A DNA stretch of 64,000 nt from Eledone cirrhosa (GCA_964016885.1 OZ024742.1:175150001-175214000), one strand, 5' to 3'; positions 27,376 through 41,272 are shown, numbered from the stretch's first letter. The notes: generated by a model from the sequence alone, not told the origin. Numbers and translations are program-made.

Positions 27376-27869
27376 CACAATAAAAACCTAAATACATGTA
27401 AATAAAACCTCATCATTTTTGTTAATATATATTGATTTATTTATCAAATATTTATTATAAGTCCATGTATTACCCATATTGGCTTAATTTATCTTACTTG
27501 GTAACACAAATGATATCAACCAGGTAATTCTGATAAACTCTTCCATTAACTCTGTCGAGCACAACCCAACTGGTAAGTTACTTTATCCTTTTTGAACATG
27601 TACATTCATCCCTCAATACAAAAATTGGGAATTGCCTACAAAAAGCTGATACTGAAAATGATATCTCATATATGATGATAATGATAGTAATTACTGGTTT
27701 GGTATTAACCTGGAATCAATAATTCTATGTTTCTTAAATGTGTTTGATTCCTGGATCAGGCAACATGTTGTATCTATGAGTTAGATGCTTTATTTCACAT
27801 TGCTTCTATCCAATCTGCTGGCCAAAAATGAACTGTATCTGTAAGTCAAGCAGCCAGCTTTGGCATACC

Positions 27870-28050
27870 TTGTAAAGGTGGACCAAAAATGATCTGGGCA
27901 AAGGTGGTGAGAACTGACCTCAAATTGCTGAGACTCACAGAAGAGATGACAAAGGAAAATGGTGAGTGGAGAGATGCTGTGCTAAGAAGGACTCATCCAA
28001 CCTATGGAGGTGTGGAAATACGGACATAAAATCGATGATGATGATGATAA
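27870..28050 (+). mobile_element. RTE 3' end fragment with (GAT)n tail
   Basis: ggtggaccaaaaatgatctgg...gtggaaatacggacataaaatcgatgatgatgat. Confidence 0.6.
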
Positions 28051-28076
28051 TTTTGCATATATATATATATATATAC

Positions 28077-28622
28077 GATATTAATAAATGGAAACTATAT
28101 TTATAAAACCATATTTAATTCATTATACATATTTCAAGGACACCAAGTTAAATTATGGGGTGCTTTCATCAGGTAAAATATAATATAGAACAGTTTTATA
28201 AATAAATATTGACATACCCTTAAAGAATGCAACCATTACTGTTGGAAGCTCCCGGATAGTGGAGTTGTAGCTTTAATTATTAGGTAAGTTAGTATAGGAT
28301 ATTTTTAAAATAAGCTGTTGGGTTATAGAGAAGGAAAGAGAAAGAGCAGAACAACAGAGAGAGAAAGAAAGATATAGAGACAGAGAAAGGGTATGTCAAT
28401 ATTTATTTATAAAACTGTTCTATAATATATTTTATCTGATGAAAGCACCCCATAATTTAACTTGGTGTCCTTGAAATATGTATAATGAATTAAATATGGT
28501 TTTATAAATATAGTTTCCATTTATTAATATCGTATTTTTACTCCAAATATTTGTTGAGTGCTTTATATCAGTTATAAAAATATTTGCTTGTTGTATCCTA
28601 ACAATTTAAATAGAACTTTTAC
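28077..28622. mobile_element. Non-coding HHR fold-back element in (TA)n (arms 28077-28221 / 28387-28532, tail to 28622)
   Basis: Near-perfect inverted arms. HHR plus 28428-28490 reads attttat-CTGATGA-aagcacc...ggtgtcctt-GAAA-tatgta-TA-atgaat; mirror at 28118-28180. Confidence 0.88.
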
Positions 28623-28647
28623 ATATATATATATATATATATATATA

Positions 28648-29676
28648 CGATATTAAACAAATGGAAACTACATTTATAAAACCATATTTATTTCATTATA
28701 TATATTTCAGGGATATCATATTAAAAATATGGTATGCCCTCTTCAGACAAAATACAATATATAAACAGTTTTATAAATAAATTTGACATACCTTAAACAA
28801 TTTTACAACTTCCATTTAAAAAGTTGTTATGGTAGTGAAAATGTTAAGGACAGTTAGAAAGAAAGACGGAGAAAAAAGAAAAAAGAAAAAGAAGGAAGAA
28901 AAAAAGAAAAAGAAAGAGCGGAAGGTGAAGAAGATGAAGAAATGTATGTAAAGAGAAAAGCACCAAATGAGAGATTTATGAGGGAAGGGGGTACTGTAAT
29001 TATTTATTTATTTATTTATTTATTTAGTGTTAAGGATACGGGGAGAAATAAAAACAAAGATAAATAAGGAGAGGTAGATCGAGTAATATCTATTATACGA
29101 GGTGGGAGAAATAGGGGAGGGGTGAGATACAGGAGATAGAGTTAAAACAGCCGATACATAAGTCCCGTCAAGTGTAGAGGGAGGAGGAGAGGAGATATAC
29201 TTAGAAATAAAAATGATACTTTTCAAATATTATGTTTCATCAGTCTATCAATTCCTATGAATTATAATGTAACTATCAATATTCATGAATGAGACACATA
29301 TCAATAATGTGTGAAAAAATAATGACTATATGTTTAGTTTAAAAATTCTTAGGTTTATAATCAAAATCTGAGTTAAAACTTCAAAAAAATACTGAAATAC
29401 ATAAGTATATATGTATTTTCATGAAAAAGAGAAATAGAAAAAAAAAAAGAAAAAAAAAGAAAAAACTGTTTATATATTGTATTTTGTCTGAAGAGGGCAT
29501 ACCATATTTTTAATATGATATCCCTGAAATATATATAATGAAATAAATATGGTTTTATAAATGTAGTTTCCATTTGTTTAATATCGTAAAATACTCCAAA
29601 ACTTGTTGAGTGCTTTTATATCAGTTATAAAATATTTACTCGTTGTAACCCAACAATTTTAAATAAAACTTTTGCA
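28648..29676. mobile_element. Non-coding HHR fold-back element in (TA)n (arms 28648-28772 / 29462-29587, tail to 29676)
   Basis: HHR plus 29479-29545 reads tattttgt-CTGAAGA-gggcataccatatt ttt aatatgatatccct-GAAA-tatata-TA-atgaaata; mirror at ~28689-28755. Confidence 0.88.
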
Positions 29677-29801
29677 TATATATATATATATATTTGATGG
29701 CCCTCTCCCATTCTGATGAAAAGTGCCCAAGTTGATTCAATCAACAAATCTAGCTGCTCATGAAGTTAATGTGCAAGTGGCTGAGACATATCCACCATTA
29801 A

Positions 29802-30009
29802 CCCTTTAGCATTTAAACCGGCTATATCCGACCAGAATTCTCTCACCTTTTTCTGTTCAAACCGGTCATAACTAGTGACTCATACTGATATAAAGGTATT
29901 GTTCTCAAAATAAATAATATCAAAATCGCATAGATTCCATATTATGTGAGGTAAAGCCTTTAACACAAAAATATAATAGTATATATAAAGTAATGTAAAT
30001 ACTAAAGGG
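29802..30009. mobile_element. piggyBac-type MITE
   Basis: TTAA|ccctttagcattta...taaatactaaaggg|TTAA; second copy at 41052-41272. Confidence 0.8.
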
Positions 30010-30155
30010 TTAATGTATTTCTCTGGGAGATTCAGCATGACACAAGGTGTGACAAAGCCGGGTGCTTGAATTACAGATACAAGATACAGCTCATTTTTTG
30101 CCAACTGAGTGGGTAGGAGAAATGTGAAATGAAGTAAATTTTTCATGGACTCAAC

Positions 30156-30467
30156 CAGGGTTGGATTTAGACTGGGGGGGGGGGGGGGGCATCAGGTTTG
30201 GGGTTTCCTCATAGACAAAGAATTTGAATACACAGCAAGCCCCACAATTTTACATATCAAAGTTAGCTTGGCACAAGTAATTGGAATTGAAATGTTATAG
30301 TAAATGTAAAAGTTATAGTAAATGTAAAAGTTCTAACCATCCTAAAACTAAAATACCTTGCTGAGGGCACATATAAAATGCTACAGCCATCACTGGTAGA
30401 GCCCCCCACTTGAAGGGACCCAGGGCAATTGTCCCCTTTGACGCCCATTCCATTAAATCTGGCCATA
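30156..30467. mobile_element. hAT-type MITE inserted in a SINE
   Basis: Imperfect TIRs cagggttggattta / taaatctggccata with an 8-bp TSD gactcaac / gacacaac. Confidence 0.65.
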
Positions 30468-30670
30468 GACACAACATGCTACCCGATCCAGGAATCAAAC
30501 TCACAACCTTACAATCATGAGCCAAACACCATGAATATTAAACCACTTGCCTTCACTGAATATACATAGAGGGTTGTCAGTGAAATATTGCATTAGTTTG
30601 CAAAACACTGATTTAAATATGAAATATCTATATATAAATTTGAGCAACTTCCGTCTGTCCTTCTGTCACA

Positions 30671-30913
30671 CACTAGGGATGATTGAGGAAGGAAGAGGTG
30701 ATGGTGTCCTGCAATAGAGATGACTGAGGAAGGAAGGGGTGATGATGTCACGCAATAGAGATGACTGAAGAAGGAAGGGGTGATGACATCATGCACTAGA
30801 GATGACTGAGAAAGGAAAGGGTGATGACGTCACACACTAGAGATGATTGAGGAAGGAAGGGGTGATGATGTCACGCACTAGAGATGACTGAGGAAGGAAG
30901 GGGATGATGACAG
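30671..30913. repeat. Minisatellite, ~41-bp unit x ~6
   Basis: cactagagatgactgaggaaggaaggggtgatgatgtcacg repeated. Confidence 0.85.
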
Positions 30914-31012
30914 ACTACAGAAAACAGCATCTAACTTTCACTACACTTGTGTGTACAATCTATATATAAATTTGAGTGACTTATTTTTGTTAGTGTGTCT
31001 GTGTTTGCACAT

Positions 31013-31382
31013 TTATAATAATTGCTTCTACTTTTGGCAGAAGGCTAGCAATTATCCCAGTGCATTACTGGTACTTTATTTTATCCAACCCGTAAAGATA
31101 AAAGGCAAAGTTAACCTCGGAAAGATTTGCGCGTTTATAATAATTGTTTCTACTTTTGGCACAAGGCCAGCAATTATCCCAGTGCATTACTGGTACTTTA
31201 TTTTATCCAACCCGTAAAGATAAAAGGCAAAGTTAACCTCGGAAAGATTTGCGCGTTTATAATAATTGTTTCTACTTTTGGCACAAGGCCAGCAATTATA
31301 TTAGTGCATTACTGGTACTTTATTTTATCTATGTTGCAAAGCATGGCGTCCAAACCCTCTACCTATACTGCCAATCCACCTG
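31013..31382 (-). mobile_element. Nin/Deu-like SINE with tandemly triplicated ~122-bp 3' part
   Basis: taattgtttctacttttggcacaaggccagcaatta...ctggtactttattttatc occurs 3 times. Confidence 0.8.
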
Positions 31383-31907
31383 ATAATAATATATTCATAC
31401 ATGTGTCAACATGTTGAAAAAATTCTAGTTTAAATTTCACACTCAAGACATTGGTCAACCCAAAGCTGTTGTAGAAAACATTTGCCCAAAATGCCATGCG
31501 GGGAGACGGAACCAAACCCCTTAACCTCTCAGCTATTACTGTACCTATAGCCATGACAAAAGAATAGCATATATAGAGAGCTGGTACAAAATGTTAGTGA
31601 TGATAGATATAAATGAACTTTAGCTGCATTTGTGACCACAGTAGTATCAATAGAGATCTTATAGTTCATTAGTGAACATAATACATATAAGGATACAATA
31701 GTGACAAACATATAGGATCTTCTTCTTCTTCTTCCTCTCATCCTCTTCCCCATCCTCCTCCATCACCTCATTCTGTTCCCCCTCCCCTCATCACCACCCC
31801 CCCTCCCCCTTCTCCTATTCCTCCTCCTCCTCCTCCTCCAAATATCTCTAGTCAATTAAAAACCAAGGTACATAATCAAGGTGATGAGCAACAACACCTG
31901 AATTATA

Positions 31908-34300
31908 TGACGATGTTGATGATGATTGGTGGTGGTGGTGGAGGTGATGATGGTGATAGTGATGGCAGTGGTGGTGGTGATGATGATGATGATGGCGGTG
32001 GTGGATGAGGTAGAAGAGATGCTGGTGATGGTGGTGGTGGTGGTGGTGGTGGTGGAGGTGATGATGGTGATAGTGATGGCAGTGGTGGTGGTGATGATGA
32101 TGATGATGGCTGTGGTGGATGAGGTAGAAGAGGTGCTGGTGGTGGTGGTGGTGGTGGTGGTGGAGGTGATGATGATGATGGCGGTGGTATTGGTGGAGGT
32201 GATGATGGTGATAGTGATGGCAGTGGTGGTGACGGTGATGGTGGTGATGGTGATGGTGGTGGTGTTGGTGGAGGTGATGATGGTGATAGTGATGGCAGTG
32301 GTGGTGACAGTGATGGTGGTGATGGTGGTGGTGGTGGAGGTGATGATGGTGATAGTGATGGCAGTGGTGGTGGAGGTGATGGTGGTGATGGTGGTGGTGG
32401 TGGTGGTGGTGGTGGTGGAGGTGGTGGAGGTGATGATGGTGATAGTGATGGCAGTGGTGGTGGAGGTGATGATGATGATGGCGGTGGTGGATGAGGTAGA
32501 AGAGATGCAGGTGATGGTGGTGGTGGTGGTGGAGGTGATGATGGTGGTGGTGGTGGTGGTGGTGGAGGTGATGATGGTGGTGGTGGTGGTGGTGGTGGAG
32601 GTGATGATGGTGATAGTGATGGCAGTGGTGGTGACGGTGATGGTGAGGGTGGTGATGGTGGTGGTGGTGGTGGAGGTGATGATGGTGATAGTGATGTCAG
32701 TGGTGGTGACGGTGATGGTGAGGGTGGTGATGGTGGTGGTGGAGGTGATGATGGTGATAGTGATGGTGGTGGTGGTGGTGGCAGTGATAGTGATGGCAGT
32801 GGTGGTGGAGGTGATGATGATGATGGCAGTGGTGGTGGTGGAGGTGATGATGGTGATAGTGATGGCAGTGGTGGTGACGGTGATGGTGGTGATGGTGATG
32901 GTGGTGATGGTGGTGGAGGTGATGATGGTGATAGTGATGGCAGTGGCGGTGATAGTGATGGCAGTGGTGGTGGTGGTGGAGGTGATGATGGTGATAGTGA
33001 TGGCAGTGGTGGTGGTGGTGGAGGTGATGATGGTGATAGTGATGGTTGTGGTGGTGATAGTGATGGTGGTGATGGTGGTGGTGGTGGTGGTGGTGGTGGA
33101 GGTGATGATGGTTATAGTGATGGCAGTGGTGGTGACAGTGATGGTGGTGGTGGTGGTGGTGGTGGTGATGATGGTGATAGTGATGGCAGTGGTGGTGATA
33201 GTGATGGCAGTGGTGGTGGTGGTGGAGGTGATGATGGTGATAGTGATGGCTGTGGTGGTGATAGTGATGGTGGTGATGGTGGTGGTGGTGGTGGCGGTGG
33301 TGGTGGAGGTGATGATGGTTATAGTGATGGCAGTGGTGGTGACAGTGATGGCAGTGGTGGTGGAGGTGATGATGATGATGGCAGTGGTGTTGGTGGAGGT
33401 GATGATGGTGATAGTGATGGCAGTGGTGGTGACGGTGATGGTGGTGGTGGTGATGGTGGTGGTGGAGGTGGTGGTGGTGGTGGTGGTGGAGGTGATGATG
33501 GTGATAGTGATGGCAGTGGTGGTGACGGTGATGGTGGTGGTGGTGATGGTGGTGGTGATGGTGGTGGAGGTGATGATGGTGATAGTGATGGCAGTGGTGG
33601 TGACGGTGATGGTGGTGGTGGTGATGGTGGTGGTGGAGGTGGTGGTGGTGGTGGTGGTGGAGGTGATGATGGTGATAGTGATGGCAGTGGTGGTGACGGT
33701 GATGGTGGAGGTGGTGATGGTGGTGGTGGAGGTGGTGGTGGTGGTGGTGGTGGAGGTGATGATGGTGATAGTGATGGCAGTGGTGGTGACGGTGATGGTG
33801 GAGGTGGTGATGGTGGTGATGATGGTGGTGGTGGTGGTGGTGGTTGTGGTGGAGGTGATGATGATGATAATGGTGGTGGATGGGGTAGAAGAGATGGTGG
33901 CGATGAATATCGTGAGAGTGAGGATTGTTGTGGTGACAGTGTGGTGGTGATGATGATGATGATGATGAGATAATGATAGTGATGATGATGATGATGATAA
34001 TGATACTGCTGCTGATGATGATGATGATGATGATGTTGATGATGTTACTGCTGATGTTGATGATGATGATGTTGATGATGTTGATGATGATGATGTTGAT
34101 GATGATGATTGTGATGATGTTACTGCTGATGTTGATGATGATGATGTTGACGATGTTACTGCTGATGTTGATGATGATGATTGTGATGATGCTACTGCTG
34201 ATGTTGATGATGATGTTGATGATGATGATTGTGATGATGTTACTGCTGATGTTGATGATCATGATTGTGATGATGTTACTGCTGATGTTGATGATGATGT
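31908..34300. repeat. Compound trinucleotide satellite (GGT/GAT, then GAT/GTT) with higher-order unit
   Basis: Recurrent ggaggtgatgatggtgatagtgatggcagtggtggtg. The poly-V/M and poly-H ORFs are by-products. Confidence 0.95.
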
Positions 34301-34507
34301 AACAGGAATTTTTAAAGGAAGCCAAATAAATGAAAAAAACTTATTTAAATGAATAGATTAGATATTTCTTCCAATTCAGTAGACATGGTTTAAGATGTGG
34401 TCAGAAGTAACATAGGACAATAGGAAGAGATGTGAAGAGTACTGGGGATTACTGTGTTATGTAATCGTGTATATGTTAGAGGTGTATGTGTGTTGGAGTG
34501 AGGTTTG

Positions 34508-37264
34508 ATGAGAGAGAGAGTATGTGTGAGTGTGTATGTGTGTGAGAGAGAGAGTATGTGTGAGTGTGTATGTGAGTATGTGTGTGAGAGAGTATGTGTG
34601 AGTGTGTATGTGAGTATGTGCGTGAGAGAGAAAGTATACGTGAGTGTGCATGTGTGTGTATGTGAGTATGTGTGTGAGAGAGAGCGTGTGTGTGAGTGTA
34701 TTTGTGTGTATGTGAGTATGTGTGTGAGAGAGAGAATATGTGTGAGTGTGTATGTGTGTGTATATGCGTATGTGTGTGAGAGAGAATGTGTGAGTGTGTA
34801 TGTGTGTGTATGTGAGTATGTGTGTGAGAGAGAGAGTATGTGTGAGTGTGTATGTGTATGTATGTGAGTATGTGTGTGAGAGAGTATGTGTGAGTGTGTA
34901 TGTGTGTGTATGTGAGTATGTGTGAGAGAGAGAGAGAGTATGTGTGAGTGTGTATGTGAGTATGTGCGTGAGAGAGAAAGTATACGTGAGTGTGCATGTG
35001 TGTGTATGTAAGTATGTGTGTGAGAGAGAGCGTGTGTGTGAGTGTGTTTGTGTGTATGTGAGTATGTGTGTGAGAGAGAGAATATGTGTGAGTGTGTATG
35101 TGTGTGTATATGCGTATGTGTGTGAGAGAGAGAGTATGTGTGCATGTGTACGTGTGTGTATGTGAGTATGTGTGAGAGAGAGAGTATGTGTGAGTGTGTA
35201 TGTGTGTGGGGGAGAGAGTATGTGTGAGTGTGTATGTGTGTCTATGTGAGTATGTGTGTGAGAGAGAGAGTATGTGTGCGTGTGTATGTGTGTGTATGTG
35301 AGTATGTGTGTGAGAGAGAGAGAGTATGTGTGAGTGTGTATGTGTGTGAGAGAGAGAGTATGTGTGAGTGTGTATGTGAGTATGTGTGAGAGAGTATGTG
35401 TGAGTGTGTATGTGAGTATGTGCGTGAGAGAGAAAGTATACGTGAGTGTGCATGTGTGTGTATGTAACTATGTGTGTGAGAGAGAGCGTGTGTGTGAGTG
35501 TATTTGTGTGTATGTGAGTATGTGTGTGAGAGAGAGAGAATATGTGTGAGTGTGTATGTGTGTGTATATGCGTATGTGTGTGAGAGAGAATGTGTGAGTG
35601 TGTATGTGTGTGTATGTGAGTATGTGTGTGAGAGAGAGAGTATGTGTGAGTGTGTATGTGTGTGTATGTGAGTATGTGTGTGAGAGAGTATGTGTGAGTG
35701 TGTATGTGTGTGTATGTGAGTATGTGTGTGAGAGAGAGAGAGAGTATGTGTGAGTGTGTATGTGTGTGAGAGAGAGATTATGTGTGAGCGTGTATGTGTG
35801 TGTAAGTGAGTATGTGTGTGAGAGAGTATGTGTGAGTGTGTATGTGAGTATCTGCGTGAGAGAGAAAGTATACGTGAGTGTGCATGTGTGTGTATGTGAG
35901 TATGTGTGTGAGAGAGAGCGTGTGTGTGAGTGTGTTTGTGTGTATGTGAGTATGTGTGTGAGAGAGAGAATATGTGTGAGTGTGTATGTGTGTGTATATG
36001 CGTATGTGTGTGAGAGAGAGAGTATGTGTGCGTGTGTATGTGTGTGTATGTGAGTATGTGTGAGAGAGAGAGTATGTGTGAGTGTGTATGCATGTGGATG
36101 TGAGTACGTGTGAGAGAGAGAGTATGTGTGGGTGTGTATGTGTGTGTATGTGTGTATGTGTATGAGAGAGAGAGAGTATGTGTGAGTGTGTATGTGCGTG
36201 TATGTGAGTATGTGTGTGAGAGAGAGATTATGTGTGAGTGTGTATATGTGTGTATGTGAGTATGTGTGTGAGAGAGAGAGTGTGTGTGAGTGTGTATGTG
36301 TGTGTATGTGAGTATGTGTGTGAGTGAGAGAGTACGTGTGAGTGTGTATGTGTGTGTATGTGAGTATGTGTGTGAGAGAGAGAGTATGTGTGAGTGTGTG
36401 TGAGTGTGTATGTGTGTGTATGTGAATATGTGTGTGAGAGAGAGTATGTGTGAGTGTGTATGTGTGTGTATGTGAGTATGTGTGTGAGAGAGAATGTGTG
36501 AGTGTGTATGTGAGTATGTGTGTGAGAGAGAGGGTATGTGTGAGTGTATATGTGGGTGTATGTGTGAGTGTGTATGCGTGTGTATGTGAGTATGTGTGTG
36601 AGAGAGAGAGTATGTGTGAGTGTGTGTGAGTGTGTATGTGTGTGTATGTGAATATGTGTGTGAGAGAGAGTATGTGTGAGTGTGTATGTGTGTGTATGTG
36701 AGTATGTGTGTGAGAGAGAATGTGTGAGTGTGTATGTGAGTATGTGTGTGAGAGAGAGGGTATGTGTGAGTGTGTATGTGGGTGTATGTGTGAGTGTGTA
36801 TGCGTGTGTATGTGAGTATGTGTGTGAGAGAGTGAGAGTATGTGTGAGTGTGTATGTGTGTGTATGTGTGTGAGAGAGAGAAACAGTGGCTGTATGTGAG
36901 AGAAACTGTGTGAGTATGTGTGTGAGTGTATATGTGTGTGTGTATGTGTGAGAGAGAGAGAAACAGTGGCTGTATGCGTGTGAGTGTGTGTATGTGAGTG
37001 TGTATGGGTGAGAGAGAGAGAGATCTAATGGCTGTATATGTGAGGAAACTGTGTGAGTATGTGTGTGAGAGTGTGTGTATGTTTGTGTGAGAGAGAAACA
37101 GTGGCTGTATGTGTGAGAAACTGTGTGAGTATGTGTGTGAGTGTGTGTGAGTATGTGTGTGAGAGTGTGTGTGTGTTTGTGTGAGAGAGAAACATTGGCT
37201 GTATGTGTGAGACAGATAGAGTGGGATTGTCTGTGTGTGAAATAGAGAAAAAGAAAGAATATGA

Positions 37265-37295
<31 letters not shown>
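34508..37295. repeat. Compound (GT)/(GA) satellite with higher-order repeats
   Basis: gagagagtatgtgtgagtgtgtatgt units; the marker tgcgtgagagagaaagtatacgtg recurs at ~34620, 34965, 35421 and 35853. Confidence 0.95.
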
Positions 37296-37296
<1 letters not shown>

Positions 37297-37589
37297 CGTC
37301 CTCACTAACACCATCATCATTATCAACACCAGTGCCATCACTAACACCATTCCCACCAACCTCACCAGTGTGTGTGTGTGTAACATCTTCACCAACATCA
37401 CCACCATTTATCAACATGATTACCATGAGCAACATCATCCCCACCACCTCATCACCGGAACCATCAGAGTGTGTGTTTGTGTAACACCATCATCATCACC
37501 AACATTACCTGCCATCATCACCAACACCATCAGAGTGTGTGTGTGTATTGTAAAATGTGAAATGTTGTTTCCTCTATCATTTCATCATC

Positions 37590-37918
37590 ATTTCATTTTA
37601 CGTCCGCTTTTTCCCTGCTTGCAAGGGTGGGACGGGAACTGATTCTGGCTAGATTTCTACAGCTGGATGCCCTTCCTAACACCAACCTCATTTACAGTGA
37701 GTGCTGGGTGCTTTTTTGCCGTGGCACCTCCACGACCACTTTGCAGTGGAATGATAGGGACCCCAGACCCTATCATCTCATTTCTACAGCTGAGTAAACT
37801 GGAGCAATGTGAAATGAAGTGTCTTGCTCAAGGAAACAACACATTACCTGGTCTGAGAATTGAACTCACAACCTTTCGATTGCAAGGCCAATGCTCTAAC
37901 CACTAAGCCATGTGCCTC
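37590..37918 (-). mobile_element. Full-length tRNA-derived SINE with RTE-like tail
   Basis: Minus strand has A-box tggcttagtgg, B-box gagttcaattct, core ccttgagcaagacacttcatttcac, ggtgttaggaagggcatccagctgtag and a ggacgtaaaatgaaatgatg tail. Confidence 0.85.
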
Positions 37919-39569
37919 AACATCATATTTCATTTATGAATCAAAGATGATATATACTTCATGTTAAATTTCCAAATGTCCACTTTTCACCACCCTGATT
38001 CCAATGCCCCCCCCCCCCCCCCCCCCTGATTATATGAGATCAATATTTAAAAAAAATACATATAAGCACAGGTATGGCTGCATAGGTAGGTTATTTGCTG
38101 CTCAAGAACGTGATTTGGGGTCCAATCCCACAACATGATACCTTGCTTTATTTATAGATCTCTATACAACTAAAACCATGCAACCTGGTATTGAGAGTGT
38201 TAGGTTCACAATCACTAATTTACGTCCATACTAGGGCAAAACCATGAATTGATTTAGTCAATTGTATTAACTCCAGTACTTATTTTTTAAAGTCTGGTAC
38301 ATAGCATATTTCTGCCTTTTTGTCTAAACCCTGAATTAAAGAACACACGTACACACAGAGTTTATGTCTATTATATTTCACTCACAAGGCATTGGTCAGC
38401 ACAAGACTTTAGTAACGACACTTGCCCAAATTATCCTGCAATAGGACTAAACCAAAATCTACTTAATTGTGATGTTAAGTGAACAACTTAACCACAGAGC
38501 TATGGCACCACAAGTATGTATGTATATATACTTTATTTTATGAAGTATTTTATTTTTGAAGCCAAAATTTTCTTTGTGTCAAGTCTTTTCATGAAATATG
38601 CTGGAAATTATTTCTGTTGGGATATAATTGTATTTGAAAGAAAACTATATTTGTGGTGGAAAAACACTGACAGTGAGAGAGTGAGATAGAATGAGGCAGA
38701 CTTAGTAAGAGAGATGGAGAGAAGCAGAGATAGTGCTGGTGGAGGATGAAAAATATGTCTATTTTATACTGACTTCTTACATTTGTGAAAGTGAGAGAAA
38801 AAATTTGATATTAAAATGAAGAAAATGTTTCTATTTTCTTTCTTTATTGCAACTGCAAATTTGAAATGTTCATTTTTCTGGTTTTATATTTTCAATATTT
38901 AGGTGTGTCATAACATTATCTACATGTGTATCATCATCATCATTCTTTAAATCTACTTTGCTTGCTTAATGTAGTTATACAGGCTGTCAAATACTGAGGC
39001 TAGAGTGATTAGATGACCACGTCTGGCTCTTATGCTTCATTTCAGGCTTTATTTCTCTGACTACATGCCCTACAATACTAACAAATTTATGGCATTTACT
39101 GGGAATATCTTAACATGCCTCAGTACTACCACCTTACAGAATGGACTAGGTGCTTTTTTGTGGTACCTGCATTACTAAGTTACAGGGTGACGGGGCTTTT
39201 TTCAGGGTAAAATACAATAATTTCCCTGAAAAAAATTTTCTTTTCATGATATTTTTCTTTTCTGAATTTAAAGGTTTATTACGAACTTTCAATGTTTATT
39301 TTAGGTTTTGCCATCTGAAGAGCTCAAGCTATTTAAACTGATATCCTCAGTGAAATATGTATAACAGAGTTTTAAACAAACAAGAACTAACTGAATATGG
39401 CCTCTGGTCTTTTATTAATATACAATGCTCCATCTTATACTATTTATACAGGTCACTGATCACTTCTTTTTATTTCCTTCACAACCGACAGACCATAATG
39501 TGATCAGCACATCCCTGTTCTGTTAAACACATACTTTAAATAATATATATATATATATATATATATATT

Positions 39570-39960
39570 TTTTCCTGTGGACAAGAGACTCCTAGTCTTC
39601 ATTAAGGCATCTAAACAACAAAAGTGCCCTAATGGCACCTACACCCACCTACTTTGATGCATTCAGAATATAAGCTGATTACATCTGACTTTGAAAGAAA
39701 TATGTACCAGCCTCCCATGCATATCTGTCATTGTATGTAAAAGGAGAATAAGATTTGCTGGCCACTGCCATCGTGCCACCGCTGAGGCTATGTCCCCACA
39801 AGTGCCCTGGAAACCACAAGCAGTCAGTAATAAGAGGTGCAAGCTCTCCTATCCCAATGTCATCTCCAGAGATTCTGGTTTTGGCAATGGTAATGAAGGA
39901 CAGACTCACGTGAAGATCAGTTGTTGAGTCAATTTCGGCTGAGGCTGCCAGATGATGAAG
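39570..39960 (+). mobile_element. Decayed RTE-like LINE 3' fragment
   Basis: LPCISVIVCKRRIRFAGHCHRA...W remnant. Confidence 0.55.
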
Positions 39961-40218
39961 ACATCTCTCTAGGAGAAGTTCAATCTGATATAAAACCTTC
40001 ATTTATAAAATCTTCATTTGCATCCAATGATGTAAACCAGTTCTTTTTTGGGGGCAAATGCATTTGATGTTCAGAGAGTGGGATTGACCCCGTGCAAAGC
40101 ATTTCCTCACTTAAAAAAGATACATCGCTTGATATGTGACACTTTTTTGCGATACATGGTCCGTGATGCTCATGTTTAAGTATCAAGCAATGGCATGACT
40201 CAAAATCGAGTTGCAGCT

Positions 40219-40255
<37 letters not shown>

Positions 40256-40257
<2 letters not shown>

Positions 40258-40392
40258 CAGTATATAGAGAAAATTACACACAGAAGTATGTGTTCAATTA
40301 TAGGGGATAGAATACCACTAGAGTATTCTATCCCCTATGATTGAACCCCTATGATTGAATACATTTTGTGTATTTTTCTTTATATACTGTCT
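40256..40392. repeat. Fold-back adjacent to (TA)n with unpaired tail to ~40470
   Basis: gacagtatatagagaaaa...tcaattataggggatagaatac / gtattctatcccctatgattga...ttttctttatatactgtc. Confidence 0.7.
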
Positions 40393-40534
40393 TATAAAGA
40401 GCCCAGAATCTATTCCTTGAGCTCATTAAATTATAGGTGATTAATGTGAGTCTTTAACTCTGTTTTTTTAATATTATATATATATAAACACACACATATA
40501 TATATACATATATGTATATATATATATATATACT

Positions 40535-40574
<40 letters not shown>

Positions 40575-41051
40575 AACACACATATATATACATATATGTA
40601 TATATATATATATATACTCACACACACATATATATATATATATCATTTTTAAGTAATTAATGAAGAATTTAAAGTTATTTCATTAATTCATTAACATAAT
40701 TTAACAAAAAGATCCTTATATAAAGTATGTTGTAAGAATTTAATTTAAATAAAAAAATCTTTCAAAATGAGTGTTTGTATTTCATAGAACCAGAAATAGT
40801 TTTCTGCAGGTAGGTTTCAACATTTAAATGACATGAAATACAAGTGATCAAAAGATGTTTTCTACAAACCCATGAAAGCGTGGAAGATGGACGTTAAACG
40901 TGATGATGATGATGATGATGAATGCTGGATGTGTTTTATAAAATTTAACCCTTGCATTGCAATATTTCTAATGAAAGACTCTGCTTTTGATTTTGAAAAT
41001 GATGAGGAATCTGAAAGGACTTAGTAATGTAACTATGTTTCTCGTTATTAA

Positions 41052-41272
41052 CCCATTAGCATTTAAACCGACCATAACTGGCCAGAATTCTCTCACCTCT
41101 TTCTGTTCAAACCAGCTGTAACCAGGCGATGATACTGATGTTAAGGTATTGTTCTCAAAATAACTAATATCTAAATCTCATAGATCTGAAATTATGTGAG
41201 ATAATTATGTTAGGCAAAGCCTTTACTGTGATAATACATTAATAAATATAGAGTAATGTGAATGCTAAAGGG
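41052..41272. mobile_element. piggyBac-type MITE, second copy
   Basis: TTAA|cccattagcattta...gaatgctaaaggg; internal sequence matches 29802-30009. Confidence 0.75.

Noticed and set aside
30671-30913. Tandem hammerheads (ctgagga/ctgaaga in each unit)
   Set aside because: No stem II, GAAA or NUH arrangement follows; purine-rich minisatellite only.
31926-34325. 674-aa Val/Met-rich and 542-aa His-rich ORFs
   Set aside because: They are translations of a trinucleotide satellite with no non-repetitive domain or splice context.
34390-37407. Long His/Thr/Ser ORFs up to 721 aa
   Set aside because: Dinucleotide compound repeat artefacts.
37845-37918. tRNA gene
   Set aside because: A and B boxes are present but continue into a SINE core and tail repeated elsewhere, with no complete cloverleaf.
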